A stretch of 64,000 bases of DNA from an uncultured Candidatus Saccharibacteria bacterium (GTDB lineage: Bacteria > Patescibacteriota > Minisyncoccia > Phycocordibacterales > UBA918). A model generated the notes under the pieces. That model was not told where the DNA came from. It saw only the letters and a program-made list of their open reading frames with translations, and ran no database searches. This document shows positions 28,375-37,904 of this stretch, piece after piece. Both the position numbers and the translations under genes were made by a program. Where the stretch lies: the NCBI GenBank assembly GCA_964350985.1, contig CAYGLK010000001.1, positions 228,528-292,527 on the forward strand, in the 5' to 3' direction. How positions within the stretch are numbered: the stretch's first letter is position 1; every line of letters begins with the position of its first letter.

Positions 28375-28980
28375 ATGAAAGCCAATAGTTATTTGATAGC
28401 GTTATTTCTCCTCGGGCTGATGTTTGGGCACGAGGCCTTCGCCGCTGAAGTGGAGTCAAAACCACAGGACGAGGTTGTGACTAGTACTGGCGAAAGATTT
28501 CAGTACTGCTCTGCCGACCGATGTTTGAGTGAGGGAGAAAAAGTAATTGTCTTACCCTCACGGTGCGAGTACGTCAGGCAGTCACTCTTCTTCCAGCAGA
28601 AGAACTGCTACTCGGCTGAAGTGGTGTATGTCACAGAAGCAGATCTGGTACGTGAAACTTCTGTTGCAGAAAAGCCAGAACACGTAATTCGAGTCCCTAT
28701 AGTGGTGGTGATGTTATCAATGATGCTGATGGTAGCAACGATGTTATTGATACGGTTTGAGCCAAGGGCCGAATCTCTCTCCTTCATCGCCTTTATGGCC
28801 ACCAGCGCTGCTCTCCTATTCACTTTAACTGAACCCACATCTCCTGTATTTGCTGTCTTAGGCGGCTGCATTGCCTCCGTCGCCGCCACCGCCACCGCCG
28901 ATCTAACAAAATTAAGATCGTTCTATACTTTCGCGACCATACACTTGGTCTCGATGACGAGTTATCTGTATTTGGCTTAG
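28375..28980 (+). CDS. Orphan membrane protein with signal peptide, Cys-containing ectodomain and 4 C-terminal TMs (probable start MKANS)
   Basis: Promoter TTGACA(28292)-17-TACTTT, boxA-like GACTTTGAAC, SD GGAG, AFA signal cleavage site, terminator at 29009-29040. Confidence 0.7.
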   Translation: MKANSYLIALFLLGLMFGHEAFAAEVESKPQDEVVTSTGERFQYCSADRCLSEGEKVIVLPSRCEYVRQSLFFQQKNCYSAEVVYVTEADLVRETSVAEKPEHVIRVPIVVVMLSMMLMVATMLLIRFEPRAESLSFIAFMATSAALLFTLTEPTSPVFAVLGGCIASVAATATADLTKLRSFYTFATIHLVSMTSYLYLA

Positions 28981-29038
28981 TAAGATCCACCAAATCAAGA
29001 TCGCTTTCGCCGTCCTGCTCATGCAGGGCGGTTTTCTT

Positions 29039-29764
29039 TTATTCGCTTGATTTTAAATCTTCCAAAGTAAAATCGTCGAGCAAAAATGCCTCGGCGATTC
29101 TGTATTCTCCGATACTGGTGCGGCATAGGTCGGACATCACTGCTGGGTAGTTTAGTTTGCGTCCGATCTCTTCAGCTAGTGAGCGAATATAAGTACCGCT
29201 TCCGACGAAGAAATCAACCTCAAGCTCCAAGCGCTTTTTACCGTCTTGTGACACTTCTTTTACATCAAGTAACTTTGCACTATAAACTTTCATTTTTCTA
29301 AGTGGAATATCTGCCACAAACTCCCCTACTCTTTCAGCGGCTCTAGCACGTTTATACATCGGTACTCCATCTTTCTTAATGGCACTATAAGCTGAGACTG
29401 GAAGTTCTATCTCACCTATTAGACTAGTGAGTGCATTCTCAACTTCCTCTTTACTAATATCATTTTGATATTCTTTCTCATCTAGAATCTCCCCTTCCAT
29501 ATCACCAGTGGATCTTTTTTCTCCGATGAGAATTTTGGCAACATAGGTTTTATCTAGTCCGACCAAGTCAGCTAGTAGTTTTGTTCCCTTTTCGACACCA
29601 ATCAACATTAGTCCTGAAGCTAGTGGATCTAGAGTGCCGGCATGGCCAAACTTTCTTATTCCTGTTTTTCGTCTGAGTACACGAATAACTGTAAAAGAGC
29701 TAATCCCTTTAGGTTTGTCTATTAAAAGTAGGGTTTTATTTTGTTGTTGGTTGTCTGAGGGCAT
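29039..29764 (-). CDS. truB: tRNA pseudouridine(55) synthase
   Basis: IDKPKGISS, GHAGTLDPLASG, YSAIK.DG, GSGTYIRSLA. Confidence 0.96.
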   Translation of the reverse strand: MPSDNQQQNKTLLLIDKPKGISSFTVIRVLRRKTGIRKFGHAGTLDPLASGLMLIGVEKGTKLLADLVGLDKTYVAKILIGEKRSTGDMEGEILDEKEYQNDISKEEVENALTSLIGEIELPVSAYSAIKKDGVPMYKRARAAERVGEFVADIPLRKMKVYSAKLLDVKEVSQDGKKRLELEVDFFVGSGTYIRSLAEEIGRKLNYPAVMSDLCRTSIGEYRIAEAFLLDDFTLEDLKSSE

Positions 29765-30197
29765 AATATGAATCTGCGTCTGGTTCTATTACCTTACTCT
29801 GTCCAAGTATTTTCTCAAGTTTTCGAAGCGTAGTTATATTTTCATGATACTGCGGTAACACCTTAGCAACCTCGGCCCAGAAGTTTGGTCCGTGATTCAT
29901 TTCTTTTAGATGACACAGTTCATGAACAACAACATAGTCACAGAGCTCTTGAGGTAAGAAAACCAAACGATAACTAAAGTTTAGATTTCCTTTTGAAGAA
30001 CAACTACCCCAACGACGTCGCTGGTTGCGTATCGCCACTCTTTTAAAAGTGACCTCACAAAGCGGTTGCCAAAAAGCTAAGCGTTCTTTGATAATAATAC
30101 GAGCTATCTCTTTGTGGTCCTCGTAATGTTTATCTGGCTTAGCTTTTTTCCTAACTCTTCTTTTTTGAAGCCTAACTAAAAACTTTCGCAGTCGCAT
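29736..30197 (-). CDS. YgjP/DUF45-like zinc metallopeptidase domain protein
   Basis: RWGSCS..G.LNF, DYVVVHELCHL.EMNH...FW. Confidence 0.9.
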   Translation of the reverse strand: MRLRKFLVRLQKRRVRKKAKPDKHYEDHKEIARIIIKERLAFWQPLCEVTFKRVAIRNQRRRWGSCSSKGNLNFSYRLVFLPQELCDYVVVHELCHLKEMNHGPNFWAEVAKVLPQYHENITTLRKLEKILGQSKVIEPDADSYYALRQPTTK

Positions 30198-30217
30198 GGT
30201 AAATCTAGTTTGAAATA

Positions 30218-31912
30218 TTATTGCTTCATTTGTTCCATCGCTCTAACCAGTCGAATTATATTGTAGTCGTACTTCCCTTTAGTTTCTTCAAACAGTGGCT
30301 TTAGAATCTCACTACCCTTCTTGGCTATCGCCGCTTCAATATCTTTTTTTGCTTTTGTACTCCAACCGGGTTCATTTTCAGCAATTGTCTTAAGTTCAGC
30401 TAAGGTCAAGTCTCCGTTTTGCGCTAGAGTTTCTACATGGCTGATGATAGTAGAGACGGTAAACTTCCTTGCTTCAGCTACTTTTTTAATACTCTTTAGT
30501 TTTTGGAGTAGTTGCTTTGTTTCCACTTGAGTACTCTCCTTTCGAATCCTTTCAACTGGATTTTTTGCTGCTACTAAGTCAGCTTTGGTTGGGATTCTTC
30601 CGCCATTAGCTAATACAAATCTTTCGTGCATTTTAGCTAACTCAGCTTGTTCTATTTCGGCAAAAGTTTCTTCAGCGTCTTCAGATTCACTATTAAAACG
30701 TTTATCTTGATTTAGAACTTTTGGATCTACCATCAGGGCGTTGGCGTTCATTCCTAGTACCTTAAGGCCAGCTAGTGAACGGACACGAGAAAGAGCTACA
30801 TAGCCTTGTCCGTAGACAAATGACTTAGATAAGTCTACTTCAGCAGCATCTAGCGACATTCCTTGACTTTTGTGGACGGTAATGGCCCAAGCAAGTCTAA
30901 GTGGCAGCTGCTCAATTGAAGCTAGGATTTTTCCTTCTTCGGCCAATTCCCAACTAGCTGGTTCAATTGTAATTTTTCTTTTGTCAGCCGTCTCAATGAT
31001 CGGATGTCCGGCATAGCTATCAAATCCGACAACTCGAGCTAAAGTCCCGTTTACATACCCGGCTTCAAAGTTATTTTTGGTACACATCACCATGGCGTTT
31101 TCTTTGAGGAAAAGAGTTTCTGGAGAAAGACAGTTACGAGCTAAAGATTCATGGTACACCTTACTTCCTCTGGTAGTCATCTTATATGACTTACTACTAG
31201 TAGTTAATTCTGCTAGTTTGGCAGAATTAACAGCATCAACGTCAGCGTTGTGAGTATATAGACGAGTTGGTTCAATTTCTTCGTATTCGATGGCAGTTTG
31301 TTCATTAAGTAGAGTGTAGTGTTCTTCTTCAATCTCTCCTCTACGGATAGAACCAAGCAGACTCAAAAGAAGTTCATCCTCTTGTCGGTATTGTTCAGTG
31401 ATGTAGCACACTAGAGGTCGTAGGTGTTCCCAGGCACGAGATTCAAAAGCGTAACGCATCATATCGCCTTGTCTAGCGATCGGTGGAAGTTGGAAAAAGT
31501 CACCCACGCAGATGACCTGCATACCGCCAAAAGCTTCTTGTGAGTCACGGATCGTGCGACAGATAATGTCGACCATATCAAGGAGCTTGCCATCAAGCAT
31601 TGAAATCTCGTCGATGATCAGAACTTTATTTTTCTTAACTCGCTTCACTAGTTTTTCACGAGAGACAATCTGATCAAGATCATAGGCAGTGAGAGTGTCT
31701 CGTGCTCCTACTCCACTCCAAGAATGAATCGTCATTCCCCCAATGTGAGTAGCTGCAATTCCGGTTGAAGCTGTGACAGCGACTGATACCTGAGCGGCAT
31801 CTAGCCACTCAATGTACTTATTGATGACGTAAGTTTTTCCAGCTCCAGGTTCTCCAGTAAGAAAAACGTTAGCACCAGTTTTTAGAATTGATAAAGCAGT
31901 CTCTTGTGTCAT
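30218..31912 (-). CDS. PIF1-family DNA helicase with C-terminal HTH domain
   Basis: FLTGEPGAGKT, ASTGIAA, IIDEISM, FGGMQ...GDFFQLPP, LAWAITVHKSQGMSLD, YVALSR; C-terminal VAEARKFTVSTIISH. Confidence 0.92.
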   Translation of the reverse strand: MTQETALSILKTGANVFLTGEPGAGKTYVINKYIEWLDAAQVSVAVTASTGIAATHIGGMTIHSWSGVGARDTLTAYDLDQIVSREKLVKRVKKNKVLIIDEISMLDGKLLDMVDIICRTIRDSQEAFGGMQVICVGDFFQLPPIARQGDMMRYAFESRAWEHLRPLVCYITEQYRQEDELLLSLLGSIRRGEIEEEHYTLLNEQTAIEYEEIEPTRLYTHNADVDAVNSAKLAELTTSSKSYKMTTRGSKVYHESLARNCLSPETLFLKENAMVMCTKNNFEAGYVNGTLARVVGFDSYAGHPIIETADKRKITIEPASWELAEEGKILASIEQLPLRLAWAITVHKSQGMSLDAAEVDLSKSFVYGQGYVALSRVRSLAGLKVLGMNANALMVDPKVLNQDKRFNSESEDAEETFAEIEQAELAKMHERFVLANGGRIPTKADLVAAKNPVERIRKESTQVETKQLLQKLKSIKKVAEARKFTVSTIISHVETLAQNGDLTLAELKTIAENEPGWSTKAKKDIEAAIAKKGSEILKPLFEETKGKYDYNIIRLVRAMEQMKQ

Positions 31913-31961
31913 GTGGGAATAAGATTAACATATTTTGTCTTGGGTAGGTTAAAATAGAATT

Positions 31962-33881
31962 ATGAAAAACAGTTCTTCTTTTAGTATTCCGATTACTAAC
32001 GCAACAGCTAATAGTACTAAGCCTGTCTTACCTAAAAAGGCACCGGCACCGAAGAAAGTAGCTAAGGCTAAAACAGTACCTAAAGCTCCGGCTACAAAGC
32101 CCAAAGCAGTTAAGGCGGAAAAACAAAGTAGTAAAACTAATGCTACTAAAAAAGCTAGTTTAGATATATCTAAGCAGCCTATTATTAAGCGAAACCCACT
32201 CGGCCACCTCTTGATTGAAAAAATGTTCCGTGAAGCCGGCTTTCGTGGTGGCATTTCTAGTGATAAAAAGATTTTAGATAAGTACAGTACTGACGAAAGT
32301 ATCTTCTCTATTCGACCACAGGTAGTAATTCAACCTAAGAATAAAAAAGATGTTGAGGTGGCTGTAGAAGTTATTGCTAGAGAAACTAAACGCTTCTCTT
32401 CCCTGTCTCTGACTCCGCGAGCTGCTGGTACTGGTCTCAGTGGAGGCTCACTAACTGACTCTATTGTAATGGACGTCTGTGCCCACCTACATAAAATTGG
32501 AGAAGTAATCGAGAAAAAAGACGAAGTCTATTTTAGTTGCGAACCAGGAGCGATGTGGCGTGATGTTGAGAAGAAATTAAAAGCTCATGGAGTTTATTTA
32601 CCCTCTTATACTTCCTCAAAAGATATTTGTAGTATCGGCGGTTCTATTGGTAACAACGCAGCTGGTCCTGATTCACTACGTTATGGTCACTGTGCTGATT
32701 GGGTGAAGTCACTTGACGTTGTCTTAGCAGATGGAAAGACATATACGATTGAGCCACTTTCATATAAAGAATTTAAAACCTTGACTAAGGGTAAAAACGA
32801 ATACGCGCGTATTGCTCGGGAGGTATTCGCTTTAATAGAGAAAAACGAAAAGGCTATTTTAGCTGGAAAACCTAAGACTAAGAAAAACACTGCCGGGTAT
32901 TCACTGTGGCATGTATTTAGTGACGGAGTCGCTGCTTTTAAGAAAGGAAAAGGTACTTTTGATCTCACTCGTATTGTCTGTGGTAGTCAAGGATCAGTTG
33001 GTATTGTTACCAGTATCACAATGCGTACTATACCAATTCAAAAAGACACCACTCTTTTGGTTGTGCCAATCTTTGATCTTGATGAAGCTGCTAAAGTTGT
33101 TTTGAAGACACTCAAGTACAATCCAATTAATGTCGAATTATTTGACGGTCTTTCGTTCGATTTGGCGTTGAAAAACCCTGACTTCTTTAAGAAGCGTCTT
33201 TCAGGCATGGATTATTACCGAACAATGCTAAATATGTATGCTACTTATCATATTCGCTATGGCCGCAAGACTCCTGAGTTCACCATTTTGATTACTTTAG
33301 ATAAAGAAACGGTTGATAAAACTCCAAAGGCAGAAATTATTAAGAGTATTAGTACACTAAAGACTCGAGCTCGTGTTGTTACAAACAAAATTGAAGCTGA
33401 GATGTTATGGCAAATCCGTCGAGCCAGCTTTACTCTTTCTAAGTTCCAAGATGTCACTAAGCGTCCGGCAGCCTTTCTTGAAGATATGACGGTACCTCCA
33501 GAAAATCTGTCAAAGTTCTTTACAGAAGTTAAACGACTACTTAAGGAATTTAATGTTACAGCGGCCGTGCATGGACATGGTGCTAACGGACACTTCCACT
33601 TCTATCCCCTACTTGATTTCACTAATAAGACTACGCCGCTATTAGTAGAACGTATGGCTGAAAAATTTTATTCAACAGCGGTAAAATTTAAGGGAGACTT
33701 CTGTGGTGAACACAATGACGGTATTATCCGTACTCCTTTTCTAAATAAAATGTTTTCAAAACAAGTTTTAGAACTGTTTGTAAAGACTGAAGATATCTTT
33801 GATCCTGAGGATATATTTAACCCAGGAAAAAAGGTCAATCCACGCTTTGATATCAAGACCACGATGCGTAAGACGAACTAA
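31962..33881 (+). CDS. FAD-binding oxidoreductase (GlcD/D-lactate dehydrogenase-like) with Lys/Ala/Pro-rich N-terminus
   Basis: YSTDESIF, RAAGTGLSGG, SIGG.IGNNAAG, GSQG.VG, HGHG.NGH.H, GEHNDG, FDP..IFNPGK. Confidence 0.88.
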   Translation: MKNSSSFSIPITNATANSTKPVLPKKAPAPKKVAKAKTVPKAPATKPKAVKAEKQSSKTNATKKASLDISKQPIIKRNPLGHLLIEKMFREAGFRGGISSDKKILDKYSTDESIFSIRPQVVIQPKNKKDVEVAVEVIARETKRFSSLSLTPRAAGTGLSGGSLTDSIVMDVCAHLHKIGEVIEKKDEVYFSCEPGAMWRDVEKKLKAHGVYLPSYTSSKDICSIGGSIGNNAAGPDSLRYGHCADWVKSLDVVLADGKTYTIEPLSYKEFKTLTKGKNEYARIAREVFALIEKNEKAILAGKPKTKKNTAGYSLWHVFSDGVAAFKKGKGTFDLTRIVCGSQGSVGIVTSITMRTIPIQKDTTLLVVPIFDLDEAAKVVLKTLKYNPINVELFDGLSFDLALKNPDFFKKRLSGMDYYRTMLNMYATYHIRYGRKTPEFTILITLDKETVDKTPKAEIIKSISTLKTRARVVTNKIEAEMLWQIRRASFTLSKFQDVTKRPAAFLEDMTVPPENLSKFFTEVKRLLKEFNVTAAVHGHGANGHFHFYPLLDFTNKTTPLLVERMAEKFYSTAVKFKGDFCGEHNDGIIRTPFLNKMFSKQVLELFVKTEDIFDPEDIFNPGKKVNPRFDIKTTMRKTN

Positions 33882-33968
33882 ACACCCTGCCCCTTCACTA
33901 TTTTGGCATTTTCTGCTATAAATATGCCACCTTACAAAAAGCCCAGAGCTTATTGTAATGAGTATTAT

Positions 33969-34040
33969 GGTCCCATCGTCTAACGGTCAGGACATCAGGT
34001 TTTCATCCTGGAAATCGGAGTTCGATTCTCCGTGGGATCA
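33969..34040 (+). tRNA. tRNA-Glu (anticodon TTC), CCA not encoded
   Basis: Acceptor GGTCCCA/TGGGATC+A, anticodon arm TCAGG-TTTTCAT-CCTGG, T-loop GTTCGATTC. Confidence 0.95.
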
Positions 34041-34244
34041 CGAGTACAAAAATGCGCACCCGTTTGGGTGCCATTTTTGTACGTGACCCAAGAGAAAAGT
34101 GCATTTGCACTTTTCGTGAGAATCGAACCGCCGGAGCGATGTGAGCTTGCGAACGAGTGAGGTGTATCCCGCGGCACTTGCTAATTTATGAGTGGAACGA
34201 AATAAACTAGCTTTGTGACCGTCAGGATCATTCTCCGTGGGATC
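34025..34244 (+). mobile_element. ~190-nt structured mini-element bounded by a 15-bp duplication of the tRNA 3' end
   Basis: ATTCTCCGTGGGATC at 34025-34039 and 34230-34244; internal hairpins; antisense T-arm copy GAGAATCGAAC at 34118-34128. Confidence 0.6.
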
Positions 34245-34303
34245 TAATTTAAAAAAGGACCCAGACCTAAGCCTGGGTACCCTTCACCAACAATGGTGAT
34301 GTT

Positions 34304-35143
34304 TCAACGGTTCGGAGTAACTCGCAAAAGCCGCACTGACACAATTTCGTAGTTGATCACCCCAAGGATTGCACCGGTGACGGCGCCAATGATGGCGCTG
34401 CCAAACGAGTATCCAATGACAGCGCCAATCGTTGCATCAACGAAACAGACTGTACGTCGTTGTGAGTGGATGAAGACAAACACACTAACGGCAAATTGGG
34501 AGGTTGCCCGCCACACTTCGCGCCCTCTTGTGATTACAGTTGGCACCGCGCGTTTGATTGCTGGCGGCGACTCTACTGCAGCCTTCTTCAATCCGCGCAA
34601 GGCTGCAACTGTCACAGCGATTGGATTGAATTTGAGAAACAGGCTCTTTCCTGTCTCAACGATAGAACTAAGTAGCTCGTCACGCCTAGCCGGGCTAGCG
34701 TCCTTCTCGGATTGCAAAATCATAGCTATTACACCCCAGGCGTAGAGAACTGCAAACGCTGAAATCCATAGCACGCAATACAACGTGAACAAAATACCCG
34801 ACATAGGAATGTCGTCATTGAAAAACACAAACACTGGGCAGACAAGAGCTGACAAAGAACAAACTGTCGTGACTGTGCCGCCTGCGAATGTTCCGAAGGC
34901 CTTCCACCAAAGCCGATCAGGGCGCCAGGTGATCGTGCTGTGGTATGAGTGAGCAACTCCGGAGCAGAAGTGCCTAAAGTCGATCGCGACGTATGCCGCG
35001 ATACCGCCAGCTAGTGCACCAATGCCCCACAGACTTGATCCATACTCGAATCTTATCGAGATCTCAAGAGCCGTCAATGTGCCGATGAGAGCGCCGAGAG
35101 CACACGCAAAGGCGATCGAAAGCCAACCACTTGTCATCTTCAT
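34304..35143 (-). CDS. Orphan multi-TM membrane protein
   Basis: GC-rich ORF, SD AGAGGA, promoter TTGAAG(35220)-17-TATAAA, leader hairpin ATCTAGGCA..TGCCTAGAT. Confidence 0.75.
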   Translation of the reverse strand: MKMTSGWLSIAFACALGALIGTLTALEISIRFEYGSSLWGIGALAGGIAAYVAIDFRHFCSGVAHSYHSTITWRPDRLWWKAFGTFAGGTVTTVCSLSALVCPVFVFFNDDIPMSGILFTLYCVLWISAFAVLYAWGVIAMILQSEKDASPARRDELLSSIVETGKSLFLKFNPIAVTVAALRGLKKAAVESPPAIKRAVPTVITRGREVWRATSQFAVSVFVFIHSQRRTVCFVDATIGAVIGYSFGSAIIGAVTGAILGVINYEIVSVRLLRVTPNR

Positions 35144-35356
35144 GGTTTCCTCTACTTTTCTTATCTAGGCACATGCCTAGATTTCTATAATTTTATACCA
35201 CACTTAATCTAACCCTTCAATAGCTACGTAATAGTTCGATATCTAGGTGACCGTCATCACATTGTTGTCATGACGATCTTCTGCGCCACCGACGAATGAA
35301 CTCAACGCCGGTGCGTCACCCCCCGCATATTTGCGGATGTTGTTGTTTATTACATC

Positions 35357-35773
35357 TTTTACAATCCGGTTCCAATTCGTACTACATAGGGTCACAGAGG
35401 TAAGAAAATAACCACAAAGCAAATGCTTTGTGGTTATTTTCTTAGCAAAGCAACTTGAGTCGCTTGCGGCCTCTGTGACAGACGGAGACATGTTTTGACT
35501 ATTCCTAATGTCAAAACAACCGAGTCCGGGTAGGTGAGAAATGGGACTGTCACAATTATTTAAAACGTTAAAATTCCACACTTGTTTTACAATCCAGTTT
35601 CAATTCGTACTACATAGGGCCACACAGGTATAAACAAAGGCACTACTTCTTAAGAAGCAGCGTTTTGTTTAATAGAAAGCAAATGACTTTGCTTTCGTAC
35701 CGATGTGATTAGCGGAGCGATCTTTTCTGCTCTTCCCTAAAGCAGAAAAGGAGTGAGCTGGGTGAGAAATGGG
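35357..35773. repeat. Two tandem structured elements (228-bp period)
   Basis: 46-bp heads at 35357-35402 and 35585-35630 (4 mismatches); GGTGAGAAATGGG tails at an identical +176 offset; equivalent hairpins with different sequence. Confidence 0.85.
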
Positions 35774-36057
35774 CTTGGACCTATTTCGCAAGACTCATTG
35801 AGGTATATTTTGAATTTATGAAAAATTACCCAATGAGTGGACAGAATCTGTAAGATTCGAGAACGCTTAGTAGAATCTGCACGAAGTGTAAGATTATACT
35901 TAGTAACTCGTGACCACAATTACACAATAAATTATTGAAATATTGTCTCTGTCCCCTTTTACTCTAAACTGAAAGAGTAAAACAATTTTGTAATCGATTA
36001 AAAAGATCTTTTGATGAAACTTTAATCCTCTTTGTGGAGTTAAATTATATACAAGAT

Positions 36058-36558
36058 ATGAGAAAAATTATTTTAATTCGAGGAGCGATAGCAGCTGGAA
36101 AATCGAGCCTAGTGAAAGAATTGCAAAGACTTCTTAATGACGTCAGTGTTATTGATATGGATGCTTTTAAGAGAATGATTGATTACAAGTCACCGTCACT
36201 ATGGAGGACAAGTACAGCTTTTAATACAGCACTATTTCTTGCCGAGAAGCTAATGTTACTAGACAGAACTATTGTAGTAGACATACATTCTTCCAAAGAG
36301 TATCAGTTTTTAGAGTACCAAGCATTAGCAAAGAAAAATAATTACGAGATGGTATCTTTTTTATTATACCCTCCCCTGCAAGTATGTTTAGAACGTAATA
36401 GATCCAGGATAATCACGGATGTTATTTACAAAATTACTGATGATACTGTTAAGGAGTATTGGGAAGAGTTATTTAAGGTTGAGGGTGAAAAGGTATATGA
36501 CACAAGTGATTTCACCCCAGAAACTGTAGCTAAAGATATTGTTACTTACTTAACTTAA
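36058..36558 (+). CDS. P-loop kinase (AAA_33 / nucleotide-kinase-like)
   Basis: IILIRGAIAAGKSS, PPLQVCLERNRSR, YDTS. Confidence 0.82.
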   Translation: MRKIILIRGAIAAGKSSLVKELQRLLNDVSVIDMDAFKRMIDYKSPSLWRTSTAFNTALFLAEKLMLLDRTIVVDIHSSKEYQFLEYQALAKKNNYEMVSFLLYPPLQVCLERNRSRIITDVIYKITDDTVKEYWEELFKVEGEKVYDTSDFTPETVAKDIVTYLT

Positions 36559-36620
36559 CTTTCACTTATATTCATCAGATCCTTAATATTTTATAGAACT
36601 TGGGCCAAATCAGTACTAGA

Positions 36621-37043
36621 TTAGAGCTCGCCAAATAATAATCTATAAATAGCGACTACTAAAGTTGGTTTCTGTTTAAAATTTAAATGATTGTTTTCAT
36701 TATTTGCAAAATTTCGTAAATCTTCTCTGGTCCAACCTCTATACTTTGACATCTGCTCTTGGACTTTTGCCTCCATGGGCTTTGAACTTTTTGCAGTCTG
36801 ATAAATTTTTTCAAAAGCAACATTAGTTCCAGATATGCTCTCTCTCGCCTGTCTAAACACTTCTTCAAAAAAATTCTCCTTGTTTGCAACTGATCCAAGT
36901 ATTGAAGATACTTCTGTGCTAACACTATCTGCTTCACTTTCATCTGTACTCCTTGCCTCAGCTGGAAGGTGTTCTTTTTTAAGCGGTTTTTCTCCCCAAG
37001 GACCTTTTATTACGTTGTTAGGATTATTAAATTTTTCAGACAT
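36621..37043 (-). CDS. Hypothetical protein (probable start MSEKF)
   Basis: ORF with host-like composition; TGTTATAAT upstream. Confidence 0.65.
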   Translation of the reverse strand: MSEKFNNPNNVIKGPWGEKPLKKEHLPAEARSTDESEADSVSTEVSSILGSVANKENFFEEVFRQARESISGTNVAFEKIYQTAKSSKPMEAKVQEQMSKYRGWTREDLRNFANNENNHLNFKQKPTLVVAIYRLLFGEL

Positions 37044-37275
37044 GATGAATTTTATTAACATTATTATAACATCAAGATGTAGTGTTAATAAATTTATTAT
37101 CTAAATTTTGGTAATAACACTGTTTGAACAACCCAGGAACCCCACGTTATTGCAAATAAATAGAGCTTTTATCCTATTGGTGCAACAACCTCATTTATTA
37201 TTATATCCAAGCATTGGGAAGGTTTCCGATTGATTTATCGTAAAGAAGGTAGGGATCTCACAGTTACACAAAAGA

Positions 37276-37304
37276 TTGACATGATAGCATTTATATGCTA
37301 TCAT
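37276..37304 (+). promoter_or_regulatory. Promoter overlapped by a perfect palindromic operator
   Basis: TTGACA-17-TATCAT; ATGATAGCAT-TTAT-ATGCTATCAT at 37281-37304. Confidence 0.7.
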
Positions 37305-37338
37305 TTTAGAGAATCGAACTTCAACAAGGAGAGTTCCG

Positions 37339-37770
37339 ATGAGGTCTTTTACACGATTTGTTGACAAACTCCCCTTTGCTGGGAAAATGTCAATCAAACC
37401 ATTGGTCTTTAGCTTGTATCAGAGCACAACACGATTTGAGAGAAAAAAGAAGTATCGCAATCTCAGTATTTTCTTGTTTCTCTTTGCTTTGCTACACGTC
37501 GTTCAGCTGAATATGGGCATTCAGGCACTGCACTTTACCTCGCCTGTGTGGGCAAAGGTAGTCAGCTTCCTCTACGCAGCTGCGAACTTTGCCGTTGTCG
37601 TCACACAGTTCCATTTGCTTTATCGTGTAACTCGTTTTTACTTCAAGGGTTCATACCCTCGTGGTAAAGTAAGTTATTGTGAGCATACTGGGACCGAGAT
37701 GCTTACAATGTTGGCAGTAACATTGATAGGGCAAATCATTTTTCTCTCACAGTACAATTGGTACAACTGA
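37339..37770 (+). CDS. Orphan 3-TM membrane protein
   Basis: SD AAGGAG, own promoter, hairpin and terminator at 37782-37858. Confidence 0.7.
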   Translation: MRSFTRFVDKLPFAGKMSIKPLVFSLYQSTTRFERKKKYRNLSIFLFLFALLHVVQLNMGIQALHFTSPVWAKVVSFLYAAANFAVVVTQFHLLYRVTRFYFKGSYPRGKVSYCEHTGTEMLTMLAVTLIGQIIFLSQYNWYN

Positions 37771-37904
37771 TCCTCACTGTTCCCGGACGGCCCGCCTTTA
37801 AGGTGGGCCGTCCGGAGATTCAAAATTGCTCTACCTTCTAGGTACGAGCGTTTTTTTATATTATCTATATAGACCTTTCTAAGAGCATTAGTTATCTGTC
37901 ATAT

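Noticed and set aside
35357-35630. Additional tRNA genes
   Set aside because: Only a degenerate T-arm/acceptor-like 3' portion is present; there is no cloverleaf.
35243-35919. ORFs 35243-35581 and 35737-35919 as real genes
   Set aside because: They run through palindromic repeats and lack start signals or a recognisable domain. At most they are remnants of a recombinase C-terminus, which I cannot verify.
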